A stretch of DNA of 64,000 nucleotides from the human T2T-CHM13v2.0 reference genome, Homo sapiens: the NCBI RefSeq assembly GCF_009914755.1, contig NC_060925.1. One strand, 5' to 3'. Shown here piece by piece: positions 54,283-64,000 of the stretch; the stretch's first letter is position 1; every line of letters begins with the position of its first letter. A program made the position numbers and the translations under genes. The notes beneath the pieces are model-generated. The model was not told the origin of the DNA. It did not search any database and saw only the letters and a program-made list of their open reading frames with translations.

Positions 54283-54727
54283 TCTTTTTTATTTTTAATT
54301 TGTATGAGTACATAGTAGGTATATATATTTATGGAGTAAAAAATATGAGATATTTTGGTACAGGCATGCAATGTATAATAATCACATCCTGATAAATGGG
54401 GCATCCATCCCCTCAAGCCTTTATCCTTTGTGTTACAAACAACCCAATTATACTCTTTTAGTTATCTTTAAATGTACAATTAAGCTATTATGGACTATAG
54501 TTCCCCTTTTGTGCTATCAAATACTAAGTCTTATTCATTCTAACTTTTTTTTGCACCCATTAACCCACCCACCCTCCCTCCCACCCTCCCCTACTGCCCT
54601 TCCCAGCCTCTGATAACCATCCTTCTACTGTCTATCTCCATGAGTTCAATTGTTTTGATTTTTAGATCCCACAAATAAGTGAGAACATGTGATGTTTGTT
54701 TTTCTGTACCTGGCTTATTTCATTTAA
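54283..54727 (-). mobile_element. L1MA 3' end, sense to SEC16B, in intron 10
   Basis: gtacatagtaggtatatatattta...tcccacaaataagtgagaacatg. Confidence 0.85.
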
Positions 54728-54910
54728 TAGTTCATTGTCTTTTAGTGGTAGAACTATGGGTGTTTTCATTTTCTTTGTTCTGTCTTTCCGAACTTCTTGC
54801 ATCCTCCCTGAAATGAGTATATACTATTCACATAATTTGAGCAGCGGTGAGTGGTGGAGAGGGATGGTGATTGCTTTTTCAAAATAAGTATGGGGGAAGG
54901 GCATACTTGC

Positions 54911-55141
54911 CTTCTTCCTTCCATAGTAGAGCAGCCTAGTGAATTTCTCCACGATCTGCGCAGGTGTCTCCACACTGGGGGGGATCTCTCCCGTGAGCAG
55001 GTTCGGGGTCCCAGAGCTCAGCACTGGCCAGTCCTCATCGGTCAGGTTGATGAGGTTGGCCACAGGGGGCTGCCGCTTGTACTTCTCCAGCTTCTTGCAG
55101 TCTTGCATTAGCAGCTCAGCGATGTCAGACCCCACCATGGA
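54911..55141 (-). CDS. SEC16B: SEC16B exon 10 (231 nt) [14 protein letters not shown]...[11 protein letters not shown]; GC donor
   Basis: acag|TCCATG ... AAGAAG|gcaagt; this junction keeps frame with exon 11 (KK|EALEW). Confidence 0.93.
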
Positions 55142-55618
55142 CTGTAAGGCAAAGAGGATCATCTGGGGAGAATCCTATGAGTCCTCAGGCTGGCAGCCCC
55201 AGCTGGAGAAGGAAGGCACCAGGGAGCCTGCCTTCTTCACATGGAAGCCAATTATGCAAACATAAGGCAGTCCTTTGTTAGATTGCTATATTTCAGACTT
55301 CAGCATCACTATCATGGTTATTTTCTGCCTGTCAGGAGCCATAAAGCTTACCAGAAACATTCACAATTTCACAGGTATATTATCTGGCTGGTGCAATAAC
55401 CCAGAAACTGTACAATTTTCCCAGACCAAGGAAGAAGATCATCAGGGAAGATCTGCGTTAGCAAACTCGCATTGACATTTGAGCAATTTTTTCCCTTGGG
55501 GCAATTTGTGGCTTCTTTAATATTGCTTTTCATAATCATGTCATAAACATAATCTTATCTATCCCATGAAGACTTAAATTTCAGCCTGCACCTGCTCTCC
55601 CACCAGAACAGAACTTAC

Positions 55619-55754
55619 CCCATTCTGGCGACAAAGGAGAACCAAGAGCTGCCACAGTAGAGCTGAGTCTCTGCTCCCCAGTGTCTCAGATTTGCAGCTC
55701 TGAGCTGCTTTCTGCTGGCAAAACGTCATAATATCCACCTTATGTACATCTTCC
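55619..55754 (-). CDS. SEC16B: SEC16B exon 9 (136 nt) [45 protein letters not shown]
   Basis: gtag|GGAAGA ... AATGGG|gtaagt. Confidence 0.95.
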
Positions 55755-57120
55755 CTACATGGAAAAAATTTAGGGAGCAAAGAGTGAGCAGGCAGACACT
55801 TCCCTGTTTCGGACCCCAGGCTCCTCCTAAGTGTGCAAGTGCTGGCTGGGCTGTGATTGAGATAGAAATCTGACAAGCCAGGGCTAAGGTAATGAGTCTA
55901 TAGCTATAGGATAGTTATTTTCTTATAGAACAAGAAGAAATTTCAGAGATTCTCTCATGCACCCCCTTTATAGATGAAGAAACAGAGGCTCAGAGACCTG
56001 AAGTCACTGCACAGGAAAGCAAGTAAAAGCAGACTTTGGAGTCAGACAACCCTGGATCTAAATCTGGCTCTGCCACTTCTCTGTTTAGACAAGTTTCTTA
56101 CCTCCTCTGAGCCTCAGCTTTGTCCCCTAAAATAGGGACAGTAAAAGGACCTACCTCCATACAAAAAGGAATTAGAAAATTGTGTGGCATATATTAAGTG
56201 ATCAATATGATTGGCATTATGATTTGCTCAAGATTATCCAATAACATCAAAGCCAAGTTAGGCTTAGTACCCCAGTGTTTGAATACCCAACTCGCTTTTT
56301 TGCCCCATATCTGTATACCTGTTTGTAAGAAAGAGATAACACTCATTTTTACTTGAGGGAACCGTCAAATGCCATTTGAGGAATACATTTATATAGTAGT
56401 GATGATACTTTCCATGTGCATAATCTGACTTGAGACTCATAGACAAGCCTCGGGTAGGGAGAGCAGGTGTTATACCATTTCTCAAGGGGAAAACTAAGGT
56501 TCAGAGAGGGCTAACTGACCTGTCCACCATGGTATTCCTAGTCAGTAAGACGCCTGAGCCTGAGACCCACGTGGGCTGTCATCCAGCAAGGACTCTCTCC
56601 TCAAAAAAGATGCCCTGAGTTACATTTATCAGAAATATAACTAGACATTTAAAAGCAGTCCTAGTTCAGTACTGCAGAGGGCTCACTTGCACACTGTTCT
56701 GTAACTTGAACACTGCCGATCTTATTTACCTCTCCAGGAAAAAGCCACTGTTACAAGAATTGTTTCTGCTATGATCCACTTGTCAGTGACTTCCCAGGCG
56801 ATGCTCCACTTTTCTACTAACATCTATCAAGCACACGGAATGCTAAAACTTCCAACCATGCAGCCTCTGCATAATGGAACTGGTTTTAGATTTCTAAACT
56901 GTCATGCTAATTTTTCTTTCTGTCCTTCAACTATTGAATGGCTTGTCAAAATGACTCAGGCCACATCTGGTTCTATCTTGCAGCACAGAGAATTCCACTC
57001 CAACAAGGACAGATATTTTTTTCCAAGGAAACCAAGAACAAATCTCCAAAATGCTGATCTGGGCAGGAAGATTTTCTAGGTTTCAAAAGCCCTTACTCAG
57101 CAGCTCTTACAGCACTATAC

Positions 57121-57182
57121 CTAATCAAGGGTCCTGAGAAACTTCTCATCTCCTCTTGCTCTTCGGAATCATTAAGAATAAC
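57121..57182 (-). CDS. SEC16B: SEC16B exon 8 (62 nt) [21 protein letters not shown]
   Basis: ccag|GTTATT ... ATTAG|gtatag. Confidence 0.93.
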
Positions 57183-57569
57183 CTGGAATAAAACAATTAG
57201 ATTTTGTGTTTAAGACTGTGGCCACCCTAGGCCCCTTTCAGTCAAGTCTAGTGTCAGACCCCAAGGCCGTGGGGCTAGGATATGGCTCAAGGCCTTGTGG
57301 AGAAAGCAGAAAGAAAAAAGTGAATTTTGTTGCTAAAGATGAGACATTGACATCTCAGGAAAAACACAACTGTAGCATCAATTCTTTCAGAGAAGAGCCC
57401 CACCCATTCCTGCACCCTCCTAATCCAGGGGGTACATGGCCCAGTTTCCCGCAAGAGCATCCCATTCCTGGAGATGCCCCGGCTCAGGCACAGGAAAGCA
57501 AGGTAAGCATGTTAGGAGTAGTTGGGTAAGCAGTGTGCCAGCATTCCAGGGACACTGGGTCTTCTTTAC

Positions 57570-57718
57570 CTCCATGCTGTGCAGTTCAACAAGGGCTGCT
57601 TGCCCGTCAGTGGGAGAGCTGGGACCTACACGCACCAGCTGACCTCCTGGCCCGAAACTCACAGGAACATGAGGGATGTAGAACTTCATGGGTGCTTTGG
57701 GACCAGCTGAGGAGACAT
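57570..57718 (-). CDS. SEC16B: SEC16B exon 7 (149 nt; 152 nt with upstream NAG) [50 protein letters not shown]
   Basis: cagaag|ATGTCT ... ATGGAG|gtaaag; start of the central conserved domain. Confidence 0.93.
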
Positions 57719-58368
57719 CTTCTGACCAACAGACACAGACGGACATTGTTAGCGTTACTTCCATCACTTTTCTTTAGTTTAGGAATATGCCACAGATGTA
57801 TTTCTGCCCAAATTCTGCCTGAACCAAAATAAGATTCTGGGTGGGTTGTGTAATTAGAAGAAGCCCATGTTCCCTGCTCCAGTCAGATTTAAGCCTCTGA
57901 GAAGGTGTCAGAATACAATGCGTGGGCTTGATGATTCAGTCCAAATGATAATGCTCTCAGCCTAGACTCTCAGTGATGCTGAGAGGCCAAGGAGTCTCTG
58001 GCTTTCATGGCCTCTATACTCATGACAAAGTTCCTACATCCAGACAAAGCAATGAAGCTTTGCATCTTGCTTTTGCTTTTCCTAATTCTCTCTGGTCTTC
58101 CCTTTCTTAAAAGCACCACTGAGTGCCTCCTTTCCCAACTTGATAATGGATAGGGGCAGTGTTCCCTTCCAGGAATCAGCTATGATGCAATTACTATTAC
58201 AAGCAAAAAGAGAGAAAATGGAACCAAAGTTGACCTCTCTGCCCAGGTGACCTACATAAGCAAATGAGGTGGACAATGATCCATCGTAAGGCTGACTTTC
58301 CCAGAGACTTGCCACCCAGCCCTTCCACATCAGATTCAATCAACTCTTCTGATCATTTTAGAACCCAC

Positions 58369-58513
58369 CAGCCTGAACTGGACTCCAAGCTGCTGAAGCT
58401 GGGGGATCATCCCGCTCCGGGGCATCTCTGATGTACTGACTGAGCTCATAGCTGCTGGAGCTGAGACCAGACTCACGCTGCTGGAGAAGGTTGGACTCAC
58501 TAGCCAATGATGG
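58369..58513 (-). CDS. SEC16B: SEC16B exon 6 (145 nt) [48 protein letters not shown]
   Basis: ttcag|CCATCA ... GGCTG|gtgggt. Confidence 0.92.
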
Positions 58514-58856
58514 CTGAAAGTTAAAAACAAAAACACATAGGAAGAAGTTTCAGAGAGCTGGTCTTCTCAAGCGTTCCTTCAAAGAAACAAAATACATACG
58601 GTGAAAGTGGATGTGTTGAAAGGATAAAAAGAGATAATCAAGTTGATAGGCATTTGCCAAAGGATATATTATGACCCAATGGAAAGAGTGCAGGCCTTGG
58701 GGTCAGGGGCCCTTGAATTGAAATCTCAGCTTTGCCTTATACTCAGCTGCTGTGCCCCTGGACACGTGACTTAGGCTCTCTGAGCTCAGTGCTTTCATCT
58801 GTGATATAATCATATCTGCCCTATATACTTCAAGCAATTCATGTATTCATTCATAA

Positions 58857-59148
<292 letters not shown>

Positions 59149-59233
59149 CTCCTTCATTGACTGTTTAATGAGCACATATTATGCTCCAGGTACTGTGCTT
59201 TCCCCTTGGATGCAGGTGTAAAGAAATTCATGG

Positions 59234-59540
59234 GGCCAGGTATGATGGCTCTCACCTGTAATCCCAGCACTTTGGGAGGCCAAAGCAGGAGGATCACTTG
59301 AGCCCACGAATTTGAGACCCCAAATTGCAACATAGCAAGACCCCATCTCTACAAAAAAACAAAACATAAAAAAATTTAGCTGGGCATGGTGGTGCACAAC
59401 TATAGCCCCAGCTACTTGGGAGGCTGAGGTGGAAGGATCACCTGAGCCCAGGAGTTCAAGGCTGCAGTGAGCTATGATCATGCTGTTACACTCCAGCCTG
59501 GGTGACAGAGCAACACTCTGTCTCTAAATAAATAAATAAA
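59234..59540 (+). mobile_element. AluJ with (TAAA)n tail
   Basis: TSD aaagaaattcat. Confidence 0.9.
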
Positions 59541-59557
59541 GAAATTCATTGAATTTA

Positions 59558-59960
<403 letters not shown>

Positions 59961-60101
59961 TCATTGTATTGTTACTATTAGTCATAATAATATGTGCCCT
60001 ACTCTATTAAGCACTAAGTATACAAAAGAAATTGACCTCATACAAACCTAATAAGGGAGACAAGATTAATACAAGACTTTCAAAATTACAACCCCATCTC
60101 T

Positions 60102-60455
<354 letters not shown>

Positions 60456-60949
60456 TTATTTTAAAAAAGATTTCCATTTTGTGGCCCAGCTGGCGCATAC
60501 AATAAGATTTTTAGAGGAAAGGGATGAATGAAGAGTTAGAAAAGGTTTCAAGCCCTGCTTCTCAAACCTGAATTCAAAGATTCTAGCAATTTCCCACTTC
60601 CTGGATTAAACCAAATTGCTAGTCCCCTGGGGTCCCTAACACCTAACACCTGATGACAGCGTCCTCTCTTTCCCAGTATGTTGGAGTGAGCTAGGTGACA
60701 TTTCTTGATCCTGTCAATTTGATAAAAATGCAAAGGAGTTCAGTTCAGGGCCTCGGATGCCTAAGACTGAGGCAGTAAGGAGGGAAAAAAGGAAGGCATG
60801 GGCGGAGGTTCTGCCAAGAGGGGAGGAATGGGTCCTCCAGACGGCTGGCCACTGGACATCCATCCCCAAGGGCCCTGTTCTGCCACTGCTGACAGTGTCA
60901 GCTGCGACACATGGCCACAGTCTCCAGCCCCCACGTCACTTTAGGTTAC

Positions 60950-61058
60950 CTTATTTTTCTGGGCCTCAGCAAGCAGGCTCCCTGGAAACAGCTCCCCCGG
61001 CCACTCCTGTCCAGAGTTGGAAGCAGGGCTGTCTTTACAAGGGTTCCTACTGTTAGAT
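60950..61058 (-). CDS. SEC16B: SEC16B exon 5 (109 nt) [36 protein letters not shown]
   Basis: gcag|ATCTAA ... AATAAG|gtaacc. Confidence 0.92.
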
Positions 61059-61825
61059 CTGCAGCAAAATGACAGGAGCAGTGAGCGGGGTCCTGGGCAA
61101 GCCAGCAAGGCTGAGGCACTCTCCGCCGGAAGCTGACCTGCTCCAAAGCGTGGGCAGGTACCATGTCAGCCTGGGTGCCATAGGAGAAAGCATTTTCCTC
61201 CTACTCACCACCTCAATCTACTAATCCCAGAAAAACAGGAGTGCTGGAGTTCCACAGCTCAGTGGCTGGAAGTGGCCTCAGGCCCTGATGAGAAGGGTTG
61301 GTCTCTACAGCCTGACATTCTGGAATGACTTACATCAGAGTGTTTAGGTTGGTGAATTCCACAGCTGCAAGCACCAGGACAGATGCTTGAGCAAAACTCT
61401 CTTCCCTGTCTTGTCTTACCACAGGGAGATGGCCCATTCTCAGGGCTCAGGCGTAGGCTGAGGAAAAGCACCACAGCACCAGGTAAGTTCTCATGACCTA
61501 ATCGTGAGAACTTTTGCTAGGCCATATCTGTTCTAAGGCCAACACAGAATTAAAGTCCTCTTTTAGGACAGACCTCAAGGAACCTCACAGGACTCAGACT
61601 CGCCCAGCTTTGGGAACAGACTGTCAGTGATAAGAACCTCCCTTCCCAGGGTCCATATTAACAGCTGGCCAGGCCCATCCTGGGATATTCCCATATCCCT
61701 GTGGCTACAACAAAGGTACATGGGCTTCTGGAGGTGAGATGGCAGCATCAGACGCCAGAAGATTTGCCCGACATAGTCTGAGTTTGACAACATCATGTCA
61801 AACTGGCCTCTCCTTTCACACTTAC

Positions 61826-61946
61826 TGGAAGTGGGTCTCACTATTTGTTCCAAATGGACTGTGCTGGTTTTCATAATGATGTTCATCAAGGTACTTTTGC
61901 TCTCGGTAATCTTCGTGCCAGATATAAGGACTCCGTTGCCTTGGCA
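61826..61946 (-). CDS. SEC16B: SEC16B exon 4 (121 nt) [41 protein letters not shown]
   Basis: gcag|TGCCAA ... TTCCA|gtaagt; phase fits neighbours. Confidence 0.93.
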
Positions 61947-62671
61947 CTGCACCCTCAGAGAAAACAAAATCAAGACAGGTCACTTCCTGTTTCTGAAAGT
62001 TCTTAGAAAGATATTAGTGAGCTGTGAGGAGCTCCTGGAGCACAGTAGATCTAAAAACATATTTTCCAAATTGAAAAAATAGATAGGTGAGAGCTAATAA
62101 AGAAAGTCCATAGGACGCCTCTCAGTCCCCTCTGAACTAGTTAGCATGGATCTATACAACCGCACAACGATGGGGATTGGTGTGTGTGTGTGTGTTCAAT
62201 GTTGAAACAGATTTATCTTTCCTAGCAGTTCAGATGCTGCCATTAAGACACACCCTATACCTATTAGCATACGGTAGAACACTCATTTGGGTGCATATCT
62301 GCTGTCCTCAGGGTGAAGTGATACACTCTTACTATAGCCCAGCAGATGTCCTTAAGAACTGACTTCACTGTTACTTGGTCAAAGACTATATAATCTGGGC
62401 TATAAGGCAAAGTAGGAGAAAAAACATGGATGAAGTACAAACTACCCATAGTGCTAGTAACAGTACCATCATCTATGCATACAAAGGAAAACAACTCCTT
62501 TATATCTCTTCTCAGGACATCTAGGAGGAGTGTTTCTGCTATGGTCTCGTCTGGCCAAGAAAGGATGCCCAAGGTGAGGGTCTGAACATGGCTCCTTTGG
62601 TCTCTCCCCTGCCTCTCAGACCAGCTGCCCCATCCCCAAATCCCAGAGGCTTCTTGGAGACTTTTCCATAC

Positions 62672-62784
62672 CTCTTTCTTCCTGCAGCCACTGTGGGTGT
62701 CCATGATAGTAATAACTTCCATAAGCATATTCCTCCCTCATTGTGGGAGACTGATAGCTCTGATATGAATTCTCATAACCTGGC
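62672..62784 (-). CDS. SEC16B: SEC16B exon 3 (113 nt) [38 protein letters not shown]
   Basis: tttag|GCCAGG ... AAAGAG|gtatgg. Confidence 0.92.
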
Positions 62785-63349
62785 CTAAAATATCACAAAG
62801 AAGACTGGTCAGTTGAGGACAAGGGTAGTAAAGAGAGAAACCAATGAAGAACTTGACAAACTAAACAGGTTCAGAGGACAGAGTTGTGACCCCAGCCTAG
62901 AATCTGCTTGAAAGCCACGGTTAATTCTAGATCCTGTAAACAGAATCAAAGCAGGAGTCAGGCCTTTGTTGCACAACAGGAGTAGAATTTTTATAGTACA
63001 ATTTTTTTTACTTAAAACTCTTTTTCTAAAAACCTCTTTTTTATTTAAAACTTTTATTTTGTAGTAAAACTCTCACTCCCCAAACACATACATATTATCT
63101 TAGAAAACTCCATCCTGATATTATCTGAGAAAACCACTTCCTGAGATGACTGTGTTAAGTCTCCAATACACCACCGTAATTTCCATGCTTATCCCAGATG
63201 GAGTTGAGATTTAAAAGTCAAACTGGACTATGTTAAGTCTGATTACTTTTATTGCCTCTGTCCTGAACACGCCTCTCTTTGAGAATTCAACAATCCAAAA
63301 AGACTGGGGAGAGGAACATCATAATATTAATGTTTTTATCAATTAATAA

Positions 63350-63733
<384 letters not shown>

Positions 63734-64000
63734 TAAATATCACCCCAACTGGAAAAGCTGAAGTAGAACATAGACGGCTTCCAACATTCCATGAAATATT
63801 AAGTCCAGTGCTTACAGACCAGGGAAGCAGGAATTCCAGATTCTCCAACCTGGATAGAATGACCTCACTGCAACCTCTTCCTTCCGAACTTGGAGCCTGC
63901 AGGTTTCTATCTGCTTTCCCTGAGGTCAATTTTTTTTAAGTTCCCATTCATTCAATACAGATTATTGGTATGCCTGTTCCATTCCGGGTACTGTCGTAGG

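Overview
Human (hominid) genomic DNA containing most of SEC16B, the COPII/ER-exit-site scaffold paralog of SEC16A on 1q25.2, on the minus strand. I traced 24 coding exons (canonical exons 3-26, 62784 down to the TGA at 26623-26625). They splice into one uninterrupted frame ending ...NRLAQRRYPTQPC*. The ATG exon lies beyond the right edge. The 3'UTR runs to about 25550, with three candidate poly(A) signals. Positions 1-25.5 kb are repeat-rich intergenic DNA (Alu, L1, L2, MIR, MaLR/ERV LTRs, hAT/Tigger fossils). I see no unknown gene, RNA gene, CRISPR or prokaryote-type system. The most interesting observations concern RNA processing: a stop-free alternative frame through exons 24-25 predicted to escape NMD; a GC-AG intron followed by a sense L1 poly(A) signal; an AATAAA 1 nt after the stop codon; NAGNAG acceptors; and inverted Alu pairs. 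Repeat subfamily names, exon numbering and variant identities come from recall, not from a search.
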